64,000 bases of DNA from an uncultured Gemmatimonadaceae bacterium. Its GTDB lineage: Bacteria > Gemmatimonadota > Gemmatimonadetes > Gemmatimonadales > Gemmatimonadaceae. Under the pieces are notes generated by a model. The model saw nothing but the letters and a program-made list of their open reading frames with translations. It was not told where the DNA came from and searched no databases. Each line of letters opens with the position of its first letter. Within the stretch, counting starts at the first letter, position 1. The stretch lies in NCBI GenBank assembly GCA_963817955.1, contig CAWFQK010000004.1, forward strand, positions 960,001 to 1,024,000, given 5' to 3'. Shown here one piece after another: positions 45,971-56,900 of the stretch. The position numbers and the translations under genes were made by a program.

Positions 45971-47715
45971 CTGGCGTCGCGATCGCGGCGAGCGAGCACT
46001 TTCTTGCCACGAATCGTCGTGGCGCGTAGGGCGCGGATGATCGCCTCTGCCGACTCGTCAGGTACCTCGACGAGAGAGAAATGGTCGGCGATCTCGATGG
46101 CGCCAATGTCGCGCGAGTCGATGCCCGCTTCGTTGGCAATGGCACCAACGAGGTCGGCCGGCCGCACACCGACCTTGCGGCCGAGGGCGATGTACACGCG
46201 TGTGACAGGTCCGCCGCTTCGTGGACGCGCCTCCCTGCCCTTGCGCGGGCGCTCCTCGCGGCTGCCCCCGCCGCGGCTCTCGCGAGCACCCCGCGAACCG
46301 CGATCCTCGCGCCGCGGGCGTTCCTCGCGCTTGGGCAGCGCGGCATTCGGAATCTCCTCTTCGTCCGCTCCCTCGCTTTCGCCGGCATCGTCGGCCAGTT
46401 TCACCGCCGCGGCCGCCACGTCGAGAACGTCGTACTCTTCGGACAGTGATTCGACGATCACCCGATACGAATCGAGTCCGCCACCTACGAGCAGTTCCTC
46501 GAGCGACGCGCGCGTGGTCTCCAGGCGCCGCGCGCGAAGATCATGCACCGTCGGCACCGATTCGATCGAGATCTTCCGTTTAGTAGCGTGCTCGATGTTG
46601 CGGAGCAGGCGGTGCTCGCGCGCTTCGGACAGGGTAATGGCCACACCTTCACGACCGGCACGGCCCGTGCGGCCAATGCGGTGCACGTAGGCATCGGGCG
46701 AAGACGGCACGTCGAAATTGACCACGTGCGACACGTGCTCGATGTCGAGCCCGCGCGCCGCAACGTCGGTAGCGACAAGTACCTCTGACGATCCCTCGCG
46801 AAAGCGGCGCATGACACGGTCGCGTTGCTCCTGCGATAGACCGCCGTGCAGCGCCTCGGCGCGGTAGCCGCGCGCGCCAAGCGTTTCGTTGAGCTCGTCC
46901 ACCTCTGTGCGCGTTCGGCAGAAGACGATGGCTGACGTCGGCGCCTCCATGTCCAGCACGCGCGCGAGCGCCGCGACTTTATGCCGCCGCTGCACCACGA
47001 AAGCCACCTCGCGCACACGGGGCGCCTCGCCTGGCGCAACAGTCTCGCGCGCAATGGTGACGAGCACCGGCTGGCGCAGGTGGCGGCTGGCGATGGCGCG
47101 AATCGCTGGCGGCATCGTCGCTGAAAAGAGCGCGGTCTGACGCGTCTCCGGAACCGCTTCCAGGATGGCCTCGAGGTCGTCGGCGAAGCCCATGTCGAGC
47201 ATCTCGTCAGCCTCGTCGAGCACGACCATCTGCACGGAGTCAAGCGCAAGCGTACCGCGTCGTATGTGATCGAGCGCGCGGCCCGGTGTGGCTACGACGA
47301 CGTCCACGCCGCGCTTCAGCGCACGCAATTGCTGCTGCATCGGCTGACCGCCATAGACGGGCAGGACGCGAACGCCAATCTGTCGCCCGTACTTGTGCAC
47401 CGCCTCGGCCACTTGCATGGCGAGCTCGCGCGTGGGTACGAGGATCAGCCCGTGGACAATCCGATCGTCACCATCCGGCGCGCCGATGCGATGAAGCATG
47501 GGGAGCGCGAACGCGGCGGTCTTGCCCGTTCCCGTCGCTGCCTGGCCGAGCACGTCTCGGCCCTCGAGCAGCGGCGGGATCGCTTCGCGCTGAATATCGG
47601 TAGGCTCCTCATAGCCTAGCGCGGCTACCGCCGCGACGAGCACCGGATCGAGCTTGAGGGCGAGAAAGGCGCTGTCTGCCGCCGATGCAACTGGAAGAGT
47701 GGATTCTGCGGTCAT
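45967..47715 (-). CDS. deaD: DEAD-box RNA helicase with DbpA RNA-binding domain (DeaD/CsdA)
   Basis: Motifs ATGTGKT, PTRELA, DEAD, SAT, ARGLD and HRIGRTGR, plus C-terminal VGAIANEAG. Confidence 0.92.
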   Translation of the reverse strand: MTAESTLPVASAADSAFLALKLDPVLVAAVAALGYEEPTDIQREAIPPLLEGRDVLGQAATGTGKTAAFALPMLHRIGAPDGDDRIVHGLILVPTRELAMQVAEAVHKYGRQIGVRVLPVYGGQPMQQQLRALKRGVDVVVATPGRALDHIRRGTLALDSVQMVVLDEADEMLDMGFADDLEAILEAVPETRQTALFSATMPPAIRAIASRHLRQPVLVTIARETVAPGEAPRVREVAFVVQRRHKVAALARVLDMEAPTSAIVFCRTRTEVDELNETLGARGYRAEALHGGLSQEQRDRVMRRFREGSSEVLVATDVAARGLDIEHVSHVVNFDVPSSPDAYVHRIGRTGRAGREGVAITLSEAREHRLLRNIEHATKRKISIESVPTVHDLRARRLETTRASLEELLVGGGLDSYRVIVESLSEEYDVLDVAAAAVKLADDAGESEGADEEEIPNAALPKREERPRREDRGSRGARESRGGGSREERPRKGREARPRSGGPVTRVYIALGRKVGVRPADLVGAIANEAGIDSRDIGAIEIADHFSLVEVPDESAEAIIRALRATTIRGKKVLARRDRDAS

Positions 47716-47849
47716 CGGTGGAGATTTCCTGGAAAGTGTGCCGGTGCATACGCATCTTAGCAGGTTGGGCCGCGCTGTGCGCGGGAATGAGCGCACCTCT
47801 TGCACTTGAGGGTGTCGAAGACGTTCCCCGCAGACCAAGGATGACAATC

Positions 47850-48272
47850 ATGCGTATTCAGTTTCTTGCCGCGATAACGCTCGTCGCGAGTGCGCTCGCT
47901 GTGCCTTTGCACGCACAGGAGGCCGCGAAAAAGCCGGGCGGCCTCAACAAGGTGGCGCACGACGTGAGCAGCACCACCAAGAAGGCGGGCCGCGACGTGA
48001 AGGCGGAAGTGCACCGCGACGCGAGCAAGACGCACCAGACCCTGAAGAAGGAAGGCAACGAGACCAAGAGTGAACTCGCCAAGACGACTGGGGTTACCCA
48101 TGTTGGCGGCGAGGTGGGCAAGGCGGCGAAGAGCGTGAGCCACGCAAGCAAGACGGCGGCGAGGCACGTCAAGCACACCGTCAAGAAGACCGGCAGCGCG
48201 GCGCACAAGGACCTCACCAAGGCCGGCAAGCACGCCAAGAGAGACCTGAAGGAGTCCACGAAGAATCCATAA
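47850..48272 (+). CDS. Secreted Lys/His/Thr-rich repetitive (LEA/hydrophilin-like) protein
   Basis: Signal peptide ending LHA-Q followed by quasi-11-mer amphipathic repeats. Confidence 0.7.
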   Translation: MRIQFLAAITLVASALAVPLHAQEAAKKPGGLNKVAHDVSSTTKKAGRDVKAEVHRDASKTHQTLKKEGNETKSELAKTTGVTHVGGEVGKAAKSVSHASKTAARHVKHTVKKTGSAAHKDLTKAGKHAKRDLKESTKNP

Positions 48273-48346
48273 AGCGGCGCGTGGGCGAGTTGCGGCCGTT
48301 GGGCTAGCTCGTCACACTCACCGTAAGCCGCACGAGGAGATAGACA

Positions 48347-49057
48347 GTGTCAGCCGCGCCGCACCAGCCTTCCGACATCTGCACGCACGAGCGTCGTCCG
48401 GGAACGACGGTGTGTCTGCATTGCCGCCACGCGGCACGAATTGCTTCCCTGGAAAGGCGGAAGCGTGTCATGTTGCGCGTTGGAGCCGGCGCGGTCGTGC
48501 TCGCCGTGGTCATCACGGCCGGCGCGCTAGGCGCGACGGGATTGCTCAGCAGAAGGGCCAACCGTCAGATGCGGCCGACGGAGATTGCGGCAACGCCTCA
48601 GGCGGCCACGCCAGTCATCCCTCCCGACCCGATCGACTCGGCGGTCAAGGCGGTCATGACGCCGAGTGACACGGCCGCAAACGCCCGTGCGCCGCTGGTA
48701 CCGCAGGTGCCGCTCGGCGAGTCCACGGTGAGCGGCGGGTTCACAGCGACTCGTGTGGACAGCACCGTGACGTTGTCGTTCGATATGCCAATGGCGCGCA
48801 CGCGCATTCCCGAACGGTTTGAGCGCCTGGTGCGCGCCACGCTGCCGGCGATCTACGGAAGCGCCGTGGATTCCGTATTGGCGAAAATCCCGATGGGCGG
48901 CATCGCGGCACAAGGGGACCTGATCACGGATCTGCCGACGCGCGGCGTGCGTGTTCCGCTGAACGACGGCTGGGCGATTCGCCTGTATCCGGAAACGCGC
49001 CCCGGGAAGGATGGGCCGCTGGTCATTCACTATCGCGTAGCAGTCAGCAAGAGCTGA
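48347..49057 (+). CDS. Hypothetical single-TM protein with an N-terminal CxH...CxxC motif
   Basis: CTHE...CLHC, a TM helix, a Pro/Ala linker and a C-terminal domain. Confidence 0.65.
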   Translation: MSAAPHQPSDICTHERRPGTTVCLHCRHAARIASLERRKRVMLRVGAGAVVLAVVITAGALGATGLLSRRANRQMRPTEIAATPQAATPVIPPDPIDSAVKAVMTPSDTAANARAPLVPQVPLGESTVSGGFTATRVDSTVTLSFDMPMARTRIPERFERLVRATLPAIYGSAVDSVLAKIPMGGIAAQGDLITDLPTRGVRVPLNDGWAIRLYPETRPGKDGPLVIHYRVAVSKS

Positions 49058-49302
49058 GCGCGATCCCTGCGCGTCTCGTTGACGCGCGCCAGTGCAGCAC
49101 CAAACACCTTGACAGGTCGTCGCGCGGCGACGCGATCGTTCGCGGCCGCGAATCATGACGATTCAATTAATACGATGATCTGGTGTTGACGAATGTGACC
49201 GGCGGTCGAATCCTACTATCACCTTTCGTATCAAGGTGACTCATGGATGACTTCGTGCCGGGGGATCGCGAGCTCGATGTGATGGGCGTGTCGTGGCAAC
49301 CA

Positions 49303-50151
49303 ATGATCATGTCGTCATATACCATCGTGGTCACCGTCACATCGCTCGCTCTTGCCTGCTCGCTGCAGGCGGAAAACCTCTTCGCACAAAGGCCCGTTGT
49401 CGCTGTGCCATACCCCAACAATGTGTACTTCGGGTTTCAGGTGACATCAACGGTGGCGCCGTTGCCAGGGAATCCGACGCCGAAGTACCCCGACTTGTTG
49501 CGCTCGGCGCAAGTTGAGGGCGAAGTACTGGCGCAGTTCGTCGTCGATACGCTCGGCGTCGCGGACATGAGCACCTTCAAGGCGTTGAAGTCGACCCACG
49601 ATCTATTCACGGCGTCGGTACGGAGCGCGATAACGTCAATGCGCTTCCGGCCCGCCGAGTCGAACGGCCGTAAGGTGAAACAACTCGTTCAGATGCCGTT
49701 CCCGTTCAGCCTCCCAAATGATGCGCCAAGCGCCGGGCAACCTGGTAACCAAGGCGTCGCCGCTGCCAGCGCGCAGGCCCCGGGATCAGCGCCATTGATC
49801 TCCGCCACGCCGGATGCATCGAAGAACTCGAACTCGGCCCCTATGAACGGCTATGTCGAGTTCAAGATCACCAAAGCGGCATCGCCGTTGCCAGGAACTC
49901 CGGCGCCGAAGTACCCCGATGGGTTGCGCTCGGCGAATATCGAGGGCGTTGTGCTCGCGCAGTTCGTGGTCGACACCACAGGATTCGCGGACACCACGAG
50001 CTTCAAGGTGTTGAAGTCAAACCACGATCTATTCACGCAAGCCGTGCGCGCCGTGCTGCCTGGGATCCGCTTCTCGCCGGCTGAAGTCGATGGCAGAAAA
50101 GTAAAGCAAATGCTGCAGATGCTGTTCAGCTTTTCGTTGTCGAAGAACTAG
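49303..50151 (+). CDS. TonB-family protein with two TonB C-terminal domains
   Basis: Two copies of PKYPDxLRSAxxEGxVLAQFVVDTxG...RFxPAExxGRKVKQ...F.FSL. Start uncertain (49243-49309). Confidence 0.85.
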   Translation: MIMSSYTIVVTVTSLALACSLQAENLFAQRPVVAVPYPNNVYFGFQVTSTVAPLPGNPTPKYPDLLRSAQVEGEVLAQFVVDTLGVADMSTFKALKSTHDLFTASVRSAITSMRFRPAESNGRKVKQLVQMPFPFSLPNDAPSAGQPGNQGVAAASAQAPGSAPLISATPDASKNSNSAPMNGYVEFKITKAASPLPGTPAPKYPDGLRSANIEGVVLAQFVVDTTGFADTTSFKVLKSNHDLFTQAVRAVLPGIRFSPAEVDGRKVKQMLQMLFSFSLSKN

Positions 50152-50692
50152 TCACCGCACCAAGCCGATCGAGCAGCGCGCCGGGGCTCGTGTCCACCAT
50201 GAGCTTCGCGCGCTGCGCCGGCCGCACGAAGCCCTGCTCGCACGCGTGGTCGAGGAAGTCGATCAACGGCTGATAGTAGCCGGCGACGTTCAACATGCCG
50301 TACGGCTTGGAGTGTAGGCGAAGCATGCCCCACGTCCAGATCTCGAACAGCTCCTCGAACGTGCCGAGACCGCCCGGTAGCGCAACGAACGCGTCGGACA
50401 GCTCAGCCATCATCGCCTTGCGTTCGTGCATCGAGTCGACGATGTGGAGCTCGGTGAGTCCGGAGTGGGCGAGCTCGCGGTTGACGAGCGCGCGCGGCAA
50501 TACGCCCACGATCTTCCCCTTCTGAGCGACCGCCTCGTCGGCCAGCGCACCCATGAGGCCGACGTTGGAGCCGCCATAGACAATGCGGATCCCACGCCGA
50601 ACGGCCTCGACGGCGAACTCACGGGCGGCCGCGATGTACGCGGGATCGGTACCGGCGGTTGACCCGCAGAACACACACACGGACATTGACAT
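50126..50692 (-). CDS. LOG-family nucleotide phosphoribohydrolase (TIGR00730-type)
   Basis: Motifs VCVFCGS, YGG..GLMG, MHERK and PGGLGTFEE. Confidence 0.92.
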   Translation of the reverse strand: MSMSVCVFCGSTAGTDPAYIAAAREFAVEAVRRGIRIVYGGSNVGLMGALADEAVAQKGKIVGVLPRALVNRELAHSGLTELHIVDSMHERKAMMAELSDAFVALPGGLGTFEELFEIWTWGMLRLHSKPYGMLNVAGYYQPLIDFLDHACEQGFVRPAQRAKLMVDTSPGALLDRLGAVTSSSTTKS

Positions 50693-50803
50693 GGCGGACA
50701 AGACTATCGGTGCTCCGCCGACCGTGCCAGGGCCAACCCTCGGCGCCTCTCGGGCGTAAACCAGACATATCCCGCCACCGAATTGCCCTCCGACGTTCGA
50801 GTA

Positions 50804-53308
50804 ATGGCCAAACAGACCGCACGCCATCCCCAGCCGTACACCGTTCCACGCCCCCTGCCACCAACGCAGCGATTCCTGCCGCTGCTCCTGTTGCTGTTCG
50901 TCGGCAGCGGCTGTGCGGCGCTGATCTATGAGATCGTCTGGTTCCAGCTCCTTCAGCTCGTCATCGGCTCGTCGGCGATATCGCTCGGCGTGCTGCTGGG
51001 CACGTTCATGGGCGGCATGTGTCTCGGCAGTGTCCTGCTGCCGCGTTTCGTATCCCCGCAGCAGCATCCGTTGCGCATCTACGCAATGCTCGAGGCAGGA
51101 ATAGGCGTGCTCGGGCTGCTCGTGCTCGTGGCCGTTCCGCTTGTAGGCGGCGCGTACACCGCGACAGCCATGCACGGCCTTCCGGGCCTGCTGCTCCGCG
51201 GCCTCGTGTGCGCCATCTGCCTGTTGCCGCCCACGCTGCTGATGGGCGCGACGCTGCCGGCCGTGGCCCGCTGGGTGGAAACGACGCCGACCGGCGTTTC
51301 GTGGCTCGGCTTCTTCTACGGAAGCAACATTGCCGGTGCCGTGTTCGGCTGTCTCCTCGCCGGATTCTATCTGCTGCGCGTGTTTGACATGGCCACAGCG
51401 ACATTCGTCGCCGTGGCGATCAATGCCGTGGTCGCAACGCTCGGCTACGTGCTCTCTCAGCGCGCGCCGCACCGGGCCGCAGTACAAACCGAGCGCGATG
51501 GTGGCTCCGACGCACCGCGGTCGCCTGGGACGAGAGCGGTGTACGTCGCCATCGGGCTATCCGGGCTCTCCGCACTCGGCGCGGAAGTGGTGTGGACGCG
51601 ACTGCTCTCGCTTATGCTTGGCGCGTCCGTGTACACGTTCTCGATCATTCTTGCCGTCTTTCTCATTGGACTCGGTTTCGGCAGCAGCGCCGGATCGATG
51701 CTGTCTCGCGGCAATCGATCGAGGGCGGCGCTCGGATGGTGCCAACTGCTGCTCACGGCAGCGATCGCGTGGGCGGCGTACATGATGGCGAATTCGCTGC
51801 CCTACTGGCCGATCAATCCCACACTGTCACCCAGCCCGTGGATCACCTTCCAGCTGGACCTGTTGCGGTCGCTGGTGGCGGTATTCCCTGCCGCGTTCCT
51901 GTGGGGCGCGAGCTTCCCGCTGGCAATCGCCGCAGTCGTCGGACCGGGGCAGGATGCTGGCCGGCTCGTTGGGCGCGTGTATGCCGCGAACACCGTGGGG
52001 GCGATCGTCGGTGCTCTCGCATTCAGCGTCTTCGCCATTCCGCACATCGGCACACAGAACGCCGAGCGGGTGCTGATCGCCGTGGCGCTGGTGTCGGCGT
52101 TCGTCGTCTTCATCACGACACCGCGTGCGCAGGCGAGTAACGCACCGGCAAAGCGGGACGCTCGAGTCACAGCCGGCTTTGGCGCCGTGGCATGGTCGCT
52201 CGCCGTCGGCGGGGCTGTCATCGCGCTGGTGCTGCTCGGGACGGTGCCGAAGGTGCCCGACGGGCTCGTAGCGTATGGACGCTTCTTGCCTACGTATACG
52301 ACCGAGCCGAAGTACCTGTACGTGGGTGAGGGCATCAACTCATCGATCGCCGTGTCGGAGGAAGCGAGCGGCGCGCGGAACTTCCACGTCGCTGGCAAGG
52401 TGGAGGCGTCGAGTCTTCCGCAGGACATGCGGCTGCAGCGCATGCTCGGCCATCTGTCGGCGCTGCTCGACCACGATCCGCAGTCGGTGCTCGTCGTCGG
52501 TTTCGGCGCGGGGGTGACGGCGGGATCGTTCGTCACGTACCCGGGCATCAAGCGCATCGTGATCTGTGAGATCGAGCCGCTCATCCCGAAGGTGGTGTCC
52601 ACCTACTTCTCCCGCGAGAACTACAACGTCGCGAGCGACCCACGCGTGCAAATCGTCTACGACGACGCGCGACACTTCATCTTGACGACGAAGGAGAAGT
52701 TCGACGTCATCACCTCCGACCCGATCCATCCGTGGGTGAAGGGCGCGGCGACGCTGTACACGAAAGAGTATTTCGAACTGGTGAAACAGCATCTGAAGCC
52801 CGGCGGCGTGGTCACGCAGTGGGTGCCGTTGTACGAGAGCTCGCCCGAAGTGGTGAAGAGCGAAGTCGCCACGTTCTTCAACGTATTCCCCGATGGATCC
52901 GTGTGGAGCAACGACATCCAGGGGAAGGGGTACGACGTGGTCCTGGCAGGTCACGCGGCGACGCAGACGATCGACATCGACTCGATGCAGGCACGCGTCT
53001 CGCGCCCCGAGAATGTCCGCGCGCAACAGTCGCTGAGCGAAGTGGGATTCAACTCGGCGTTGTCGCTGCTCTCCACGTACGGCGGTCAGGCGCGCGATCT
53101 CGCGCCGTGGGTAGTGGGCGCCGAGATCAACCGCGATTCCAACTTGCGGCTACAGTATCTGGCTGGGTTGGGATTGAACCTGTACCAGAGCGCCAGCATC
53201 TACGACGAAATGCTGCGCTACCGCCGGTTCCCGGAGAACCTATTTGTTGGCGCGGAGAACGAGCGTACGTACCTGCGGGAACGTTTTAGCGGGGCAGTCG
53301 CGCCGTAG
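50804..53308 (+). CDS. Fused MFS-like membrane domain / spermidine-synthase-like methyltransferase
   Basis: SGCAALIYEIVW repeats with many TM helices; C-terminal VVGFGAGVT, CEIE, DDAR and DVITSDP. Confidence 0.9.
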   Translation: MAKQTARHPQPYTVPRPLPPTQRFLPLLLLLFVGSGCAALIYEIVWFQLLQLVIGSSAISLGVLLGTFMGGMCLGSVLLPRFVSPQQHPLRIYAMLEAGIGVLGLLVLVAVPLVGGAYTATAMHGLPGLLLRGLVCAICLLPPTLLMGATLPAVARWVETTPTGVSWLGFFYGSNIAGAVFGCLLAGFYLLRVFDMATATFVAVAINAVVATLGYVLSQRAPHRAAVQTERDGGSDAPRSPGTRAVYVAIGLSGLSALGAEVVWTRLLSLMLGASVYTFSIILAVFLIGLGFGSSAGSMLSRGNRSRAALGWCQLLLTAAIAWAAYMMANSLPYWPINPTLSPSPWITFQLDLLRSLVAVFPAAFLWGASFPLAIAAVVGPGQDAGRLVGRVYAANTVGAIVGALAFSVFAIPHIGTQNAERVLIAVALVSAFVVFITTPRAQASNAPAKRDARVTAGFGAVAWSLAVGGAVIALVLLGTVPKVPDGLVAYGRFLPTYTTEPKYLYVGEGINSSIAVSEEASGARNFHVAGKVEASSLPQDMRLQRMLGHLSALLDHDPQSVLVVGFGAGVTAGSFVTYPGIKRIVICEIEPLIPKVVSTYFSRENYNVASDPRVQIVYDDARHFILTTKEKFDVITSDPIHPWVKGAATLYTKEYFELVKQHLKPGGVVTQWVPLYESSPEVVKSEVATFFNVFPDGSVWSNDIQGKGYDVVLAGHAATQTIDIDSMQARVSRPENVRAQQSLSEVGFNSALSLLSTYGGQARDLAPWVVGAEINRDSNLRLQYLAGLGLNLYQSASIYDEMLRYRRFPENLFVGAENERTYLRERFSGAVAP

Positions 53309-53310
53309 GC

Positions 53311-53432
53311 GGGGGGCGAGACACGAGAACGGGACACGAGAAACTCACAACGCACAACTCACAACTGGAAACTCGGAACCTCGCCGACCGGTGGGCCGAC
53401 CGCGACGGAGCAGCCAGCGACATCCAGCCGGT
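53311..53432 (+). repeat. Dispersed repeat, copy B
   Basis: Matches the reverse complement of 3884-4017; begins just after the stop codon at 53308. Confidence 0.9.
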
Positions 53433-53495
53433 TACGCGCGGCCGAGCGTGCACGCGCGCGGGCGCTGTGTGACCGGACGCGAACGCCTCCGGAGC

Positions 53496-53579
53496 GCGGT
53501 TTCGACGACGCGTCCGCCTGTTCCGATGACGCGTCCAGCTGTTCCGCTGATGCGGCCAGCCGTTTCGATAACCGCGCAC
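53496..53579. repeat. Degenerate 21-bp tandem repeat (4 copies)
   Basis: gcggtttcgacgacgcgtccg / cctgttccgatgacgcgtcca / gctgttccgctgatgcggcca / gccgtttcgataaccgcgcac. Confidence 0.75.
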
Positions 53580-53580
53580 A

Positions 53581-53841
53581 TCATTTCCGCGTCGCTGAAC
53601 CTCCCGAGCTCGAGCGCGTCAGCCGCTCGCCCAACAGTCCAAGCACAATTCCCAGCGGCACGTTGAGCGCCGCCATCAGCGCCGCGAGGGCGATTGTCGT
53701 CCACGTCCACGGACGCGGTGCGCGCCAGAGGTTGATCGCCACGGCAGTGACGGCGGCTATGATCCCGAGCAGAAAGCCGAATCGACCGGCAACGTTCTTC
53801 CGCGCCCTGATCTCTGCGTCACCCTCGGATTTCTGAGCCAT
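53581..53841 (-). CDS. Small two-TM membrane protein (86 aa)
   Basis: MAQKSEG...FGFLLGIIAAVTAVAINLW...IALAALMAALNVPLGIVLGLLG. Confidence 0.7.
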   Translation of the reverse strand: MAQKSEGDAEIRARKNVAGRFGFLLGIIAAVTAVAINLWRAPRPWTWTTIALAALMAALNVPLGIVLGLLGERLTRSSSGGSATRK

Positions 53842-53918
53842 GTCACAACCTATACAGACGCCCGGCGCACCGCGATTGCGATGCGCCGGGCGTTGTGTCC
53901 CGTTGTCTCGTGTCGCGC

Positions 53919-56900
53919 CTAGCGCGCCTTGAACCACTTGTCTTCGAGAACCTCGACAGGCTTGCTGTATGCTTTCCCGTTGACCGTGAGTGTCACGAGG
54001 TAGGTGCCTGGAGTGACCGCATTCGGCGCTCCACCGCGGCCACCACCACCACCGCCACCCGCGCCACCACTGCAGCTGTTGTCCGGAGGACCAGCCTGGC
54101 CGCCGAAACCACCCCGGCCACCACCACCACCGCCGCCGCCAAGTTGCGGCGCAACGAGCGCCCAGTCGACGCGATTGATGCCTGCGGTCTTCGGCGCGTC
54201 GGACGTGCACAGCGTACGGCCTTGCGCGTCCGCAATCGAAACCTTCACGTCATTTGCGCCCGACTTCAGGTAGTAATTGACTGACGTTCCGCGCGGCGCA
54301 TTCTGGCCGAGAAATACCTTCTGCCCGCCGATGTGCGGATTGTTCGTGATGTCGTTGACGTACGCGACCGCCGGCCGTGGTGCGAACAGATATGCATCCT
54401 GCGACTGCACCGCGGGCGTGAGTTGCTCGAGCGGCGTGATGTCGTCGGCAATCCACAAGCTGCGCCCGTGGGTCGCGACGATCACATCGCCGTCACGCGG
54501 ATGAATGAGGATGTCATCCGTGCGAACGGTGGGGTAATCGTTCATGAACTTCTCCCAATGCTTGCCGCCATTGAGAGAGGTGAACAGACCGAACTCCGTT
54601 CCCACAAAGAGGAGATCTTTGTTCTTGGGATCCTCGCGGATCACCTGAACGTTTCCGTACGCCGGAAGGTCAGCACTGATACTCTGGAAGGTGCGGCCGT
54701 AATCGCGCGTGACGAACACGTACGCGTGGAGATCGTCGGTCCGGTGGCCATCCACGGAGACATACGCTGTGCCCGCATCGAAATGCGACGCATCGATCCG
54801 AGAGATCCAGAACGGATCGTCTCCGGTCAGCGCACCCTGCGGCAGCCCCGGCAGGTTCTTGCCGACTTCGGTAAAGGTCAGCCCCCCGTCACGACTCACC
54901 TGCAGGTTGCCATCGTCGGTGCCGGCCCATACCACGCCGGGCATGACCGGCGATTCGGAGACCGCGATGATCGTGCTGTACTGCGAGAGCCCATCGTTCT
55001 TGGAGAGCTGCGTCTTATTGCCGGCGACACCCATCACCGCGATGCCGCAGCGATCGACCTGCTTGGTGAGATCGTTGCTCGCCACCCAACTCGTGCCACG
55101 GTCGTACGACTTGAACAACCGGTTGCCGCCAAGGTAGACGATGTCCGCGTTGTGCGGCGAGAGAATGAACGGCGTGTTCCAGTTGAAACGATACTGCTCG
55201 CCGCCCGCCGCGTTGATGACGTTCTTGCGTGCACCGCCGCGTCCGCCGCCGCCACCGGCGCCACGCCCGCCCGCGGCATGGCCATCGATGCACGCCGCGC
55301 TGTTCGCCGCGGCGCGCGCACCCGCCGGCGCGCCGGCGAGCTGCACGCCCGGTCCCGCGTTCGGACGAATGCTCGTCGTCTGACCCGTGTTCAGGTCATA
55401 GCGGCTCGTGTTGCCGTCCTGCGACTCGCAGTAGATGATGTTCGGATGGTCCACGTTCACCGCGGTATAGAATCCGTCACCACCGCAGATGCCGAACCAA
55501 TCCATGTTCGTGATGCCGCTGCGGCCGCGCTTCGAGCTCGGACCGCCCCAACTATTGTTGTCCTGCAAACCGGTGTAGACGTTGTACGGCCGCTCGTTAT
55601 CCGCGGTGACGACGTACGCCAGTCCTGTAGCCATCGTCGCAACAAAATCCCACGACTTGCCCTGATCGTAGCTGATGTCCAGGCCACCATCGTTGCCGAT
55701 CATCAGGTGCTTCGAGTTCCGGGGATCGATCCAGATCGCATGCTGATCGACGTGCGCCGGGGATCCGTTGCCGCCAGCATCGTCGAGGGTGGCGAACGTC
55801 TTCCCGCCATCGAGCGACTTGGCAACCGGTAGCCCGGCGACATACACCGTGTTCGGATTCTGCGGGTCGACGCGAAGCTGGCTGAAGTACATCGGACGCG
55901 CGTCGCAGTTGCTGACGAGCGTGAACGAGCGGCCGCGATTGTCGGAGCGGAACAGGCCGCCGAGCGCCGGGTCGAGCTTCGGCGCGGTGCGGTTCTCGGC
56001 TGCGGCTCCGCCGCGTCCGACAGGGAAGCCGCCGCCCGGCCCGCCATTGTTGCACGCGTCGAATGTTGCACCACGACCGCCGCCTGGCGCCGCTGGCGCG
56101 GCTTCGGCCGGCGCTGCAGCCGGAGCAGCGGCGAAGTCGGTACCGTGCTCACCCGCCTCGATCTGCACGTAGACGATGTTCGGGTTCGATGCCGCGACAC
56201 TGAGTGCGATGCGCCCATAGGTGCCCTGCGGTAAGCCGCTCGTGATCTTGCTCCACGTGCGGCCTGCATCGTCGGAGCGCCAGAGCGCGCTGCCTGGGCC
56301 GCCGCCGTTGAAGCAGCAGCTCGTGCGCCGGCGCTGGTAGCTCGCGGCATAGACGATGTTGCTGTTCGACGGATCGATCGCGATGTCGGTGAACCCGGTA
56401 TTCTCGTCGATGAACTTGATCTTGTTCCAGGTCTTTCCGCCGTCGGTCGTCTTGTAGACACCGCGCTCGGCGTTGGGACCAAAGAGATGGCCCGGCGAGG
56501 CGACGTACACCACCTCGGGGTTGTTGTGGTCGATGACGATACGCGCGATCGTCTGCGTCTCGCGCAATCCGACGTTGGTAAACGTCTTGCCACCGTCGGT
56601 GGACTTGTAGACACCGTCCCCGAACGACGCGGTCTGGCGATTGTTCGGCTCGCCCGTGCCGACGTAGACGATGTCCGGATTCTTCGGGTGAATGGCGATG
56701 TCGCCGATCGACGCAGTGGTGTACGTCTGAAACACCGGCCGGAATGACACGCCGTTGTCTTCCGACTTGAAGACACCACCGACGGCGTAGCCGATGTAGA
56801 TCACGTTTGGATCGCTCGGTGCCACCTCGATGTCGTCGAGTCGGCCACCCATGCTCGCGGGGCCAATTGAGCGAAATCTGAAGCTCGAGAGCATGGAGTT

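Noticed and set aside
50126..51487. 453-aa ORF as a LOG fusion protein
   Set aside because: The upstream part is antisense to the MFS/spermidine-synthase gene. LOG starts at about 50692.
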